64,000 nucleotides of DNA from positions 18,108-82,107 of the IMG/VR virus record IMGVR_UViG_3300048672_000430; one strand, written 5' to 3'. This document shows positions 16,233 through 25,860 of the stretch, in pieces (position 1 is the first letter of the stretch; every line of letters starts with the position of its first letter). The stretch comes from a virus. The translations under genes were made by a program, and so were the position numbers. The notes under the pieces are model-generated. The model searched no databases. It was not told the DNA's origin and saw only the letters and a list, made by a program, of their open reading frames with translations.

Positions 16233-16518
16233 ACCAACGCCTAGATTTAAACGTTTTTTTATTGAACAGTGGGTAGAATTTTATGGATATCATTGTGCAT
16301 ACTGTACGGGATATTGTGAAAATGATAGAACAATAGATCACATTATACCAATAAGTAAAGGTGGTAGAAACCAATTTATAAACATGGTCTTAGCTTGTCG
16401 TAAGTGTAATGAAGAGAAAGCAAACAAAATGCCAGAAGAGTTTAGAACACTAATGTTACAACCAATACAAAACAAACACAAAAGGAAAGAAAATCATGAC
16501 GAAAAAAGAGTTGGATGA
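16216..16518 (+). CDS. HNH endonuclease
   Basis: CAYC...TIDHIIPISKGG.N...NMVLACRKCNEEK. Confidence 0.85.
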   Translation: MKIVCKPTPRFKRFFIEQWVEFYGYHCAYCTGYCENDRTIDHIIPISKGGRNQFINMVLACRKCNEEKANKMPEEFRTLMLQPIQNKHKRKENHDEKRVG

Positions 16519-16777
16519 ATTATATATGAAGTTATCAGCAAAGCATAATATTGGTTCGCCTTCATATGTACTTGGATCAATAATCGAAGATGAACCATCT
16601 TATTATGATCGTAAGATCAGGGAACTAGAAGAATATAACAGGAGAGCATCTATGACTAGATATCCTGTTGAATATCAACTCACTCTACTAAATAAACAGA
16701 TCGAAGAATTAAAAGCAGAGAATGAATATCTAAAAGAAATCATAGAAGAAGAAAGGAGCACAAATGGATTGGCGTAA
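16496..16777 (+). CDS. Coiled-coil hypothetical protein
   Basis: ORF in operon. Confidence 0.55.
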   Translation: MTKKELDELYMKLSAKHNIGSPSYVLGSIIEDEPSYYDRKIRELEEYNRRASMTRYPVEYQLTLLNKQIEELKAENEYLKEIIEEERSTNGLA

Positions 16778-17246
16778 AATTAAAGGTTATTCAAATTATT
16801 TATTAAATGAAAACGGAGATCTATATAATGTTAAACTGGATTCTTTCCAAAAAGGCTACACAAATTCATCTGGAGTTCGTTACGTATCTTTATCTAAAAA
16901 TGGACAAGGTAAGTGTGTACCCCTTGCAGAGCTTGTTCTAAATGTATTCAAGCCTTCAAGAACTGTTATTAAAACTTACGCTTGGCATGAAGATTTAGAA
17001 CTAATTAATTGTTCTAATGATAACCTATTAAGATGTAATAGGGCAGATCGTTTGAGAATGTTTAATGAAATCAAGAAAAAGAAAAGAGGTGTTTATTCCT
17101 GGAACATAGGAAAGAATAATTTCCGAGTTGTTTTAAAAGATAAGCATGGAAAAACAAAGACAATAGGTTACTATAGAACAGAATTTTTTGCTAGATTTAT
17201 GTATATAAAGGCATATCAAAAAGAGTTTGGCAGACCACCTTACTAG
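16764..17246 (+). CDS. NUMOD4 / degenerate HNH / AP2-like homing-endonuclease-derived protein
   Basis: WRKIKGYSNYLLNENGD (NUMOD4); eroded HNH segment; GVY...TIGYY AP2-like end. Confidence 0.65.
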   Translation: MDWRKIKGYSNYLLNENGDLYNVKLDSFQKGYTNSSGVRYVSLSKNGQGKCVPLAELVLNVFKPSRTVIKTYAWHEDLELINCSNDNLLRCNRADRLRMFNEIKKKKRGVYSWNIGKNNFRVVLKDKHGKTKTIGYYRTEFFARFMYIKAYQKEFGRPPY

Positions 17247-17254
17247 GAGAATAT

Positions 17255-17485
17255 ATGATTCTTAAAATACTTATAATACTATTTATTGCATATTGTTTTG
17301 TTTGTTTTTTAATTGTACATACCACTCTTTTTTGTGATAAGAAAAGTAGAAAATCATTATCACGTCTATCTGAATCGTTTCATGACGAAAATAGAGGAGG
17401 TTTTATGTTGCCATCGGAGTACAAAAAACTATTACAAATTAGAGAAGTAATCGATAGACAACTAGCGAGAATAGAGGATGATTAA
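17255..17485 (+). CDS. Membrane-anchored hypothetical protein
   Basis: N-terminal TM; AGGAG RBS. Confidence 0.55.
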   Translation: MILKILIILFIAYCFVCFLIVHTTLFCDKKSRKSLSRLSESFHDENRGGFMLPSEYKKLLQIREVIDRQLARIEDD

Positions 17486-17637
17486 AAAAATAATAACTTC
17501 CGTAACCATAACCTATGCAATGTTATTTAGTATGAGAATTGTAACAATCGCAACACCACTTAATATAGCGGAGCAGGTATCTATTATAGCAATGCTCATT
17601 GAGTATACGGTAATGAAGAGTAATAAAGGAGATAAGA

Positions 17638-17934
17638 ATGATTAGTTATTTAAAAAGTTTATTCAGTAAAAACAACAAAGAAGATACCGAAGAGATTGAA
17701 GAAGCCCTACGTAAGTTTCATCATAGAAATTCACAGAGTCCTCCTGTATATCAAGATAATAATGTTAATCGAGAGCTAGAAGATGTTGTAACCACTGTAC
17801 TAATCAATGCAGCATTTGACAGCTTGACAAGTTCGGAAAGTTGTGATATACTAACCTCTTCGACTAGTGACACCTCTGATTGGTCTGGAGGTGGTGGTGA
17901 TTTTTCAGGTGGCGGTGCAGATGGAAATTTTTAA
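17638..17934 (+). CDS. Hypothetical protein with Ser/Gly-rich tail
   Basis: Ends WSGGGGDFSGGGADGNF; AAGGAG RBS. Confidence 0.65.
   Translation: MISYLKSLFSKNNKEDTEEIEEALRKFHHRNSQSPPVYQDNNVNRELEDVVTTVLINAAFDSLTSSESCDILTSSTSDTSDWSGGGGDFSGGGADGNF
17824..17852 (+). promoter_or_regulatory. Intragenic sigma70 promoter TTGACA-17-TATACT
   Basis: Near consensus with extended -10 TG; upstream of the RNR unit. Confidence 0.6.
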
Positions 17935-18139
17935 TGAAACAATGGATTCTGTAATCTATCAGTACGGTGGCAGTTCTCGTACAAAATATGAATTTACTTA
18001 TCGGGATGAAAGCAGTTATACTGATGGTCACAGTATAGATGAAAATGTGGCATATTGGTCAAGCACAAATAGCGATCTCCCTGACATTACACAAAGGTAT
18101 GCTTCAGTAATAAAGGTGTATAGAAAATGTTCAGTATAA
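17921..18139 (+). CDS. Small protein, Q-YxF family
   Basis: SVIYQY...KYEFTY...SVIKVY; start uncertain. Confidence 0.55.
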   Translation: MEIFNETMDSVIYQYGGSSRTKYEFTYRDESSYTDGHSIDENVAYWSSTNSDLPDITQRYASVIKVYRKCSV

Positions 18140-18255
18140 CGCAGTCTAAAGGTAATTACTCATTTGGGGTATATGAAGATTATGAAAGTTTAAATATCTT
18201 AAGAATAATAGAAGAAACAAGATGGTTTAAAATAATTGCAATTGACTTAAATTAA
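18127..18255 (+). CDS. Small protein, Q-YxF family (42 aa)
   Basis: MFSITQSKGNYSFGVY...FKIIAIDLN; AAGGTG RBS. Confidence 0.6.
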   Translation: MFSITQSKGNYSFGVYEDYESLNILRIIEETRWFKIIAIDLN

Positions 18256-18278
18256 CAAATAAAAAAGGGGAGTTAGAT

Positions 18279-20126
18279 TTGAATCCAAGTAATAAATTAC
18301 TATCTGACATTGTAACATTCAGAACTTATTCTAAACATCTCCAGCATTTAGGTAGACGAGAATCTTTAGAAGAAACAATTAATAGAAATATGATGATGAA
18401 CTTGGAAAGATTTCCTTCGTTGTCAAGAGATATTATAAAATCATACAAACAGGTTCATGATTTAAATGTAATGCCTTCAATGCGTTCAATGCAATTTGGC
18501 GGGGAGACAATACTAAAGAACCATGTTAAGATGTTTAATTGTTCATTCGCAACAGCTAACTATGTTGAAGTATTTTCAGAAGTCTTATATGTGTTGATGT
18601 GTGGAACAGGTTTTGGCGGTTCAATACAGAATAAGCATGTTCAACAATTACCACCAATTAGAAAGCCAAAGGAAGAAGCTAAGTATTTAATAGCTGATAG
18701 TATAGAAGGTTGGGCAGAGTCGGTAAACACATTAATGAGATCTTATTTTATCGGTGGATTAAGACCTATATTTGACTTTTCATCAATTAGAGAAAAGGGT
18801 GCTAGGTTATCTAACGGATCTACAGCCCCAGGTGCAGAGCCTTTAAAAATGATGTTACAAATCGTCGAACAACGATTAAAGAATGCTATTGGTAGAAAGC
18901 TAACAACCGAAGAAGTAGGTGATATTATTTGTATAATAGCCGATTGTGTTTTAGCTGGAGGAATTAGAAGGGCAGCAATCATACTTTTATTCGATAAAGA
19001 CGATGAATTAATGTTAAAGTACAAACACGGTTCTTGGTGGGAAAAACACCCTTACCGTGCTAGAGCAAATGTAAGTGCGGTATTACATAGATTGTTTACA
19101 ACTCAAGAAGAATTTGAAAGAGTATTCGATGCGTGTATTGCGAGTAATTGCGGTGAACCTGGTATTAGTTGGACAAATGATTATGATTTAGGTTTTAATC
19201 CTTGTCATGAAATTTCCTTAAACTCTAATCAGTTTTGTAATCTTACTTCAATTAATTTAACAGGAGTAAAGTCGGAAAAAGACTTACATAACCGTGCATA
19301 CTCAGCGGCTTTATTAGGAACATTACAAGCAACATACACTGACTTTCCTTACTTAAATAGTAAATGGAAGGAAACAACAGAACGTGAAGCTTTATTAGGA
19401 GTTTCTTTTACAGGTATAGCAGATGCAACAACTATTACAGATGAGCAACTAAGAAAAACTGCTCAACTGGTATTAGACGTTAATGAGAAGTATGCTAAGA
19501 AATTAGGTATAAATATAGCAGCAAGAGCTACATGTGTTAAACCGGAAGGATCAATGAGCTGTGTTGTAGGATCTGCATCAGGGATTCATGCTAGATATGA
19601 CGACTTTTATTTAAGAAGAGTTAGAATGAATAAGACTGACGCTCTAGCTAAGTATCTATCTTCGGTTATCCCAGATTTAGTTGAGGACGATCTATTCAGT
19701 CCTAGCGGTGTTGTTGTTACAATCCCACAAGAATCACCTAAAGGATCTATTATAAGATCACAAGAAACAGCCGAGACTTTATTGAATAGGATAATGAAGT
19801 ATAATAAAAACTGGGTTAATTTTGGACATAGAACAGGGGCTAATAAACATAATGTATCTTCTACTATTTCATATAAACCAGAAGAAGTCGACCTACTTAG
19901 ACTAAGACTATGGGAAGATAGAGAACATTACACAGGTATAAGCTTGTTACCTTATGACAATGGAACATACAAACAAGCACCGTTTGAATCTTGCACTAAA
20001 GAAGTTTTTGAAAAATTCAACGGACTCATAAAGAAAGTGAATTTGTCAGAAGTAATAGAATTTGAAGACAATACTAAAAGAATAGAACAATTAGCCTGTA
20101 GTGGTGGAGTTTGTGAGATCGTATGA
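18279..20126 (+). CDS. nrdJ: Class II (adenosylcobalamin-dependent) ribonucleotide reductase
   Basis: FNCSF, NPCHEI, FCNLT, VKPEGS, C-terminal CSGGVC; no beta-subunit gene nearby. Confidence 0.9.
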   Translation: MNPSNKLLSDIVTFRTYSKHLQHLGRRESLEETINRNMMMNLERFPSLSRDIIKSYKQVHDLNVMPSMRSMQFGGETILKNHVKMFNCSFATANYVEVFSEVLYVLMCGTGFGGSIQNKHVQQLPPIRKPKEEAKYLIADSIEGWAESVNTLMRSYFIGGLRPIFDFSSIREKGARLSNGSTAPGAEPLKMMLQIVEQRLKNAIGRKLTTEEVGDIICIIADCVLAGGIRRAAIILLFDKDDELMLKYKHGSWWEKHPYRARANVSAVLHRLFTTQEEFERVFDACIASNCGEPGISWTNDYDLGFNPCHEISLNSNQFCNLTSINLTGVKSEKDLHNRAYSAALLGTLQATYTDFPYLNSKWKETTEREALLGVSFTGIADATTITDEQLRKTAQLVLDVNEKYAKKLGINIAARATCVKPEGSMSCVVGSASGIHARYDDFYLRRVRMNKTDALAKYLSSVIPDLVEDDLFSPSGVVVTIPQESPKGSIIRSQETAETLLNRIMKYNKNWVNFGHRTGANKHNVSSTISYKPEEVDLLRLRLWEDREHYTGISLLPYDNGTYKQAPFESCTKEVFEKFNGLIKKVNLSEVIEFEDNTKRIEQLACSGGVCEIV

Positions 20127-20365
20127 TTGGTTGGATAGGTAGTGTATTATTAGCTTGTTGTGGGCTTCCAGAATTAATTAGAACAATCAAGGATGGTAAG
20201 TGTCACATCGGTTGGGGTATGCTCCTATCCTGGTTTTTTGGTGAAGTATTCGTCTTTGTTCATATATTAAAAACAATTAACGACTTAGCCTTACTAACAA
20301 ACTATTCATTAAATATAATTATAATTTCGATTATGTTATATTATAAAATTAGGAGATCAAGATGA
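20123..20365 (+). CDS. PQ-loop / SemiSWEET-like three-TM protein
   Basis: IGWIG...CGLPELIRTIK...LLTNYSLN; PQ replaced by PE. Confidence 0.65.
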   Translation: MIGWIGSVLLACCGLPELIRTIKDGKCHIGWGMLLSWFFGEVFVFVHILKTINDLALLTNYSLNIIIISIMLYYKIRRSR

Positions 20366-20574
20366 CATTTAATAAAAACTCATACTACACTATACCGAAC
20401 TCATCAATCTACATTTTCATACTAGATGTTCTTTCACAGGATGAAAAGGAAGCAAAACTTAATGTATTTTATCTAAACAAAGAAGGTAGAATTATAACAT
20501 TCGATTACATTAATGTTAAAAAAGAAAACACATCACATTGGGAACAATCAAAATTAATTAGAATAAAACTATAA
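20362..20574 (+). CDS. Hypothetical protein
   Basis: AGGAG RBS. Confidence 0.55.
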   Translation: MTFNKNSYYTIPNSSIYIFILDVLSQDEKEAKLNVFYLNKEGRIITFDYINVKKENTSHWEQSKLIRIKL

Positions 20575-20578
20575 TAAC

Positions 20579-20607
20579 TTGACAAATTAAATAAACTATG
20601 CTAGTAT
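20579..20607 (+). promoter_or_regulatory. Sigma70 promoter, repeated-spacer class
   Basis: TTGACA AATTAAATAAACTATGC TAGTAT. Confidence 0.7.
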
Positions 20608-20810
20608 TCATTTAGGAGATATCAATGTTTGATAAATTAATGATAATTATAATTTCTACAGCAATGTTAATAATGATCTTGGGAGTCACTAGTATAGTTG
20701 TTTCGTCAATCGGGTGGTATTCATTTCCCCTTGTTGTTTTTGCTATGTTATCAACAATTAAGTATGTTGTTATTTTACTCGGTACTTTAGAAATTATATA
20801 GGGGGGATCA

Positions 20811-21119
20811 ATGGTAATAGAAGGTAAGATTAGCGGTCAACCTTACAGAAGAAGATTTAATTCTGGAGATCCTAAACCAACATGTGCTAAATGTAATAGA
20901 CTAATAAGTAATCCAGTGCAAACTACTATAAGTCCTAGTAAACCTTATTATAATTTAATTGATGGAAAACTAGAATTTAAAAGACAATGTAATCAAATTG
21001 CATATTCTTATATGACAACTACATATTATATCTATGAATCTAAAAGTGGGTGGTCTGTAATATACTGTAGTAAGAAATGTAGAGATAAACATAATCATAG
21101 ATTTAATAAAGGAGTTTAA
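20811..21119 (+). CDS. Zinc-finger hypothetical protein
   Basis: CAKC and YCSKKC. Confidence 0.55.
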   Translation: MVIEGKISGQPYRRRFNSGDPKPTCAKCNRLISNPVQTTISPSKPYYNLIDGKLEFKRQCNQIAYSYMTTTYYIYESKSGWSVIYCSKKCRDKHNHRFNKGV

Positions 21120-21272
21120 AATGGAAGATAATAAAGTATTTTTAATCTGTTCCTTGACTATCAGCTTGTTGGTTGCTACTATATTCATATTTGCAATCTA
21201 CAGAAGTAGCGTAGATGGAAGATATGTAGCATGTTTAAGAAATCAACAAGTTAATTGTGATGGGATTATAAA

Positions 21273-22317
21273 ATGAATAAAGAACAACTAGAAACAAAAA
21301 AGAAAGAAGCTTGGGATAGGTATGCAAGCATATTTCACACACAAGAGGATCACAGAGAGTTTTCAAATGGTTTCGATGTAGGAGTCAAGGTAATGCAAGT
21401 TGAGGTTGAAGAACTGAAAGAAACCCTATCAAGTTACATTAAAATAGATGATAAGATTATAGATGATCTTGAAAACAAAGTCAAAAAAATGCGTAACCTA
21501 ATCTTAGAATTATACGGAACGATTGAAGGTGTTCGTTACTATGAACCAGTAATAGTATTGCTGAATGAGTTAGATAATGAATAATTGGATTTGTGCAAAA
21601 TGTGACACGCTTCAAAATAATATATACGGGTGTGAATACTGTGGAAATAAACGTCCTTCTATTGAATCACTACAAAGACAAATTAAAGAACGTGACGAGT
21701 TATTACGTCAGTGTTATAAGTATGCTCCATTTGAAGGAAAGTTAAGAGGCAAAATTGAAGCAATCTTAGAGGAGAGTAACAATGGGTAATTATTGGGATG
21801 ATAGACAACAAGGTAGAGAAATGGACTCTTACGAGAATTATATCCAACAACTCGAATCTCAACTTGCAGAAAAAGATAGGGAGATTAACAGATTAAAAAT
21901 AGATAATTCATCTATGGGGAAATTAATAGCTAAGTCTATTTTCATCAGCTATGACGAACATGATGAGATGCTTAGAAACAAGAAACAATTAGCAGAAGCG
22001 GTTAGGATTGTAACTAATCTTACTCATTATGAAATGAGTCCAGAGTTATATAAAATGGGCAAAGAATTTCTAGATAAAGTAAATAGGGGTAAATAATGAA
22101 TGAGAATGACATAATCAATACTGTGATACTAGTTCACCCGGAGAGTTGCTTTTGTGGAGTTTGTCAGACTAAGAGACATAATGATTTAGTGGAAAAACTA
22201 AAAATACATAATAATAAAATGAGAGAATGCTTACAAAAAATAGCAAATGAAGATTTTAGAGGTAATAGAAGTCAGGCTTCTGTTGATGCGTTTAAATGTT
22301 TGAAGGAGTTGGAATGA
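21273..22317 (+). other. Run of four coupled small coiled-coil/Zn-finger genes (21273-21584, 21577-21789, 21782-22096, 22096-22317)
   Basis: Overlapping start/stops; helical C-termini; no family recognised. Confidence 0.55.
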
Positions 22318-22943
22318 AACTAATAGATACTTCATTTGAAGTTATGAGTGATCTTGATACTATTATGCCTGTTGTAAAAATAATTGAGAAAGCGATTAGA
22401 AATTGTTATAAGTCAGAAGATAAGATAACAGAAGATAGTTATAAGACAATGATATCGAAAATGGTTGATAGCGATCACGCATCTACACTAGAACATGGTG
22501 TCATAACAGTGAGGGTTATATGTAGCCGTGCTTGTTTAGCTCAGTGGACTAGACATAGATTAATGTCGTATTCAGTTGAATCTCAAAGATATTGTAACTA
22601 TTCTCGTGGTAAGTTTAATAACGAAGTAGTATTTATTAAGCCTGATGATTTTGAAAAGTGGACTATACAACAACAGTTCTTATTTAAACAAGCACTAGAA
22701 GACAGCGAAGAATACTACTTAGAGTTAATTGATGCCGGATTAAAGGCACAAGACGCTAGAGCAGTATTAAATAATGCGTGTAAGACTGAAATGGTTGTAA
22801 CAGCAAACATGAGAGCGTGGAGAGACTTCTTTAAAAAAAGAACAACAACCCATGCCCAACTAGAAATTAGAAACATAGCAACATCTATCTTAAAAGAATT
22901 TCAATCGAAAGTACCTGTTATATTCGACGACTTGACAAATTAA
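22314..22943 (+). CDS. thyX: FAD-dependent thymidylate synthase
   Basis: HASTLEH, QWTRHRLMSYSVESQRY (RHRx7S), ARAVL, AQLEIR; start moved to AAGGAG-preceded ATG. Confidence 0.93.
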   Translation: MKLIDTSFEVMSDLDTIMPVVKIIEKAIRNCYKSEDKITEDSYKTMISKMVDSDHASTLEHGVITVRVICSRACLAQWTRHRLMSYSVESQRYCNYSRGKFNNEVVFIKPDDFEKWTIQQQFLFKQALEDSEEYYLELIDAGLKAQDARAVLNNACKTEMVVTANMRAWRDFFKKRTTTHAQLEIRNIATSILKEFQSKVPVIFDDLTN

Positions 22944-22960
22944 ATAAACTGTGCTATAAA
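22932..22960 (+). promoter_or_regulatory. Sigma70 promoter, repeated-spacer class
   Basis: TTGACA AATTAAATAAACTGTGC TATAAA. Confidence 0.72.
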
Positions 22961-22982
22961 TATATTAACGGAGAAACCAAAG

Positions 22983-23426
22983 ATGAAATACTTATTATCA
23001 TTACTTTTAATTTTTAACATTCAAGCATCAACAACTGGGACATTGTTTTTATCTGGAAATGTACCAAAGAAGGTTGAGATTTCTGTAACACCAGACAGCG
23101 TGGCTTCAACATTAGACCTAGAGGCAACACAAGTCGATTTAACTATTGCTGAATTAAGTGGTAAATCAAACGTAAATGCTGGGTATAAAATAAGTCTAGC
23201 TTCTTCAAATAATATGAAATTAGTGAATGTTTCTAACCCTTTAATGTTTGTCAACTATTCTTTAAAGATAGGTACAACATCAATTACTAATGGTGGCAAC
23301 ATAAACTATACAGGGAAGGGTACATTCAGTAAAGATTTGAAGATAAGTTATACCGGAATCGATTTCACTAACTACGATGATGGAAACTATAACGATACTT
23401 TAACCTTTACAATTGTTGGTAACTAA
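22983..23426 (+). CDS. Secreted chaperone-usher (Csu / spore coat U-like) pilin-like protein
   Basis: Signal peptide, alternating beta-strand N-terminus TGTLFLSGNV, C-terminal GNYNDTLTFTI. Confidence 0.6.
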   Translation: MKYLLSLLLIFNIQASTTGTLFLSGNVPKKVEISVTPDSVASTLDLEATQVDLTIAELSGKSNVNAGYKISLASSNNMKLVNVSNPLMFVNYSLKIGTTSITNGGNINYTGKGTFSKDLKISYTGIDFTNYDDGNYNDTLTFTIVGN

Positions 23427-23929
23427 TGAAGACAGTAGAAGATTTAATAACTGAATTAAATTATTCCCTACCTTATGGTGATAATGAAATAAGAAAAGCA
23501 TACAAGCTAGGACAAATAAACTTATTGTTAGAACTAGCAAATAAAGTACAAGGCTATCCGGTAAATGGTTTAATCAGAGGAATCATTACAGAAGATCAAT
23601 TAACTGATAAATTAGTAGAGGTTTCAAATGATTAACTATTTTTTATTCTTATGTTCTTGTACTGCCATTCTTTTTTTAGCTGATAAAGTATCAAGGGATT
23701 CTGTAGACATAGAACGATTAAAAGCTGTAAATGAATCAAGAGCAAACACAATCATAGAACAAGAAATTAAGATTAACAATCTAACGTATGAACTAGGAAT
23801 GTGTAAGTTATTATATACTGGAAAACATTATTAGAGGTAAGTATGGATAGATTAGGGTTCACTATGATTTTAGCCTGTGGTTTAATTTTATTCTTAGCTG
23901 GATATATATTAGGTCTAGGTAAACAAGAC

Positions 23930-23958
23930 TTGACATTAATTATGAATCGTGATATAAC
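23930..23958 (+). promoter_or_regulatory. Sigma70 promoter TTGACA-17-TATAAC
   Basis: Near consensus, just upstream of the RBS of 23974. Confidence 0.65.
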
Positions 23959-23973
23959 TTATACGAGGGACAA

Positions 23974-24435
23974 ATGACCCAACCATTAACTAAGTATTAT
24001 CTGATATTTTTAATGTTACTATTAACACACAATGCTCCTAGTATTGAGTTGGCATCGAGACCTTACTTTGACCGATATATTGAACTGTCTAAAAAATGTG
24101 GATTAAATCTAAACACCGCAGAAATTAGAATTGAATACATGGACACTAAAATTAAATACCAAGTTGCTACTTGTAATTCATCTCAACAAATAATACGATT
24201 AGATAGAAGATCTTTTCGAGGAGATGATATTCGTAGAGAACAAATTCTATTTCATGAACTAACGCATTGTTTAATGTCACAAGGACACAATGATATTGAC
24301 TTGAATATAATGAACACAAGTGGATTCATTGATAACCTAGATTATGTTAACAACTACGATATGTATATTAGAAAGATGTTTAAAGTTTGTAATTATAAAG
24401 AACAAATAAAATATGAGGGATACGATGGGAATTAG
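23974..24435 (+). CDS. Secreted zincin-like metallopeptidase
   Basis: Signal or TM segment; FHELTHCLMSQGH followed by Met-turn NIMN. Confidence 0.7.
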   Translation: MTQPLTKYYLIFLMLLLTHNAPSIELASRPYFDRYIELSKKCGLNLNTAEIRIEYMDTKIKYQVATCNSSQQIIRLDRRSFRGDDIRREQILFHELTHCLMSQGHNDIDLNIMNTSGFIDNLDYVNNYDMYIRKMFKVCNYKEQIKYEGYDGN

Positions 24436-25528
24436 ATTAAGTCACTCAGCCAGTACTAAATACACAGATTGTCCAAAATCGTATCAGTATCATTACATTG
24501 AAAAGTTTAGGGCTGAAGTGCAATCCTCGGCCCTTCTCTTTGGTACTGCTATAGATAAATCAGCCGAACATTATGCACTCACTAAAAACTTCGACGAAAC
24601 TATTGAAGTATTTGAAAAGACTTGGCAAACTCAAAATATTAATGGAGTAGACGAGGACTTAAGATTTCTTTTAAACTTCACATATTCAGATAAAGATTTA
24701 GACACAGATCTACTTAAAAAAGATGACTGGAATATACTATCAGAACATTTTCATATCACATCTGATAACATAGAAGAAGCATTAAAAGAAGTTATTTATA
24801 CTAAAGCATCTACTGGATATGCGTATCTAAATAATCAAGATAAATCTATTTTTAACTATGCTAACTGGCTTTGCTTAAAACGTAAAGGTAAGTTGATGCT
24901 TAGAGAATTTAAAAACATATTCGATGGGAATGTTGAGCAAGTATTAGGATCACAAGTTAAGGTTGATTTAGAAAACGAATCTGGTGATTCTGTTGTTGGA
25001 TTTATTGACTTTGTTGTTAAATGGAAAGGTATTGATAAACCAATTATTATTGACTTAAAAACAGCAGGTAGAGAATATGATGAGGACGCTGTTAAGAAAT
25101 CACCTCAATTGTCACTATATGTTTACGCTGTATCTGAAAAATACGAGGGAACTAGAGAGTGTGGGTTCATAGTATTAAATAAGAACATCAATAAGAACAA
25201 GCATAAAAAATGTAAAGAGTGTGGACATGATGGTACAGGAGGTAGACATAAGACCTGCGACAATACTATTGAAGGTGTTCGATGTAATGGAGAATGGAAG
25301 GAAACTATATACCCTAAAGCGAAATCACAAATACTAATAAGTTCAGTATCTGAAGTCTTGGTGGAAAGAGTTGTTGAGAACTTTAATGAAGTTAACAAAG
25401 CAATCAAGGCTGAAGTGTTTCCGAGAAACCTAAGCAATTGTATAAAGTATGGTTCGATTAAGTGTTCATTTTACGATATTTGTCATTCAAATAGTGAAGC
25501 TGGATTAATCAAAAAAGAAGACGCTTGA
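24425..25528 (+). CDS. PD-(D/E)XK Cas4/RecB-like exonuclease
   Basis: LSHS...CPKSY, GFIDFV, IIDLKT, QLSLY, terminal Cys cluster; extra Zn-ribbon insert. Confidence 0.85.
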   Translation: MGIRLSHSASTKYTDCPKSYQYHYIEKFRAEVQSSALLFGTAIDKSAEHYALTKNFDETIEVFEKTWQTQNINGVDEDLRFLLNFTYSDKDLDTDLLKKDDWNILSEHFHITSDNIEEALKEVIYTKASTGYAYLNNQDKSIFNYANWLCLKRKGKLMLREFKNIFDGNVEQVLGSQVKVDLENESGDSVVGFIDFVVKWKGIDKPIIIDLKTAGREYDEDAVKKSPQLSLYVYAVSEKYEGTRECGFIVLNKNINKNKHKKCKECGHDGTGGRHKTCDNTIEGVRCNGEWKETIYPKAKSQILISSVSEVLVERVVENFNEVNKAIKAEVFPRNLSNCIKYGSIKCSFYDICHSNSEAGLIKKEDA

Positions 25529-25553
25529 CAAATTAAATAAACTATGTTATATT
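25525..25553 (+). promoter_or_regulatory. Sigma70 promoter, repeated-spacer class
   Basis: TTGACA AATTAAATAAACTATGT TATATT. Confidence 0.72.
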
Positions 25554-25571
25554 GTATTAGAGGAGATTATT

Positions 25572-25844
25572 ATGGCTAAAAAAATTAAAGAAGCTACGGT
25601 AGAAGAAGTGACAAATGTTGCAACTAAAACAAACCAAACAACAGATTTAAAGACATATACTATCTTATATGAAGGATCAAAAAAATATTCATTGGTTGAA
25701 GTATCGATTGATTCAAAGTCTTTAGACAGCACTACAATGGCTACAGTTAATGTTGTTGAAAAGGGATTAGATTATTATCAAGTATTAGACTCATTTAAAT
25801 CACATGTTATTAAAGCTGGTTTATTTGACAAAAGAGTAGACTAA
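25572..25844 (+). CDS. Hypothetical protein
   Basis: AGGAG RBS. Confidence 0.6.
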   Translation: MAKKIKEATVEEVTNVATKTNQTTDLKTYTILYEGSKKYSLVEVSIDSKSLDSTTMATVNVVEKGLDYYQVLDSFKSHVIKAGLFDKRVD

Positions 25845-25860
25845 ATAAAGGAGAGATGAA

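Noticed and set aside
24425-25528. Cas4 as evidence of CRISPR-Cas
   Set aside because: No array or other cas genes; next to ERF, so a recombination nuclease.
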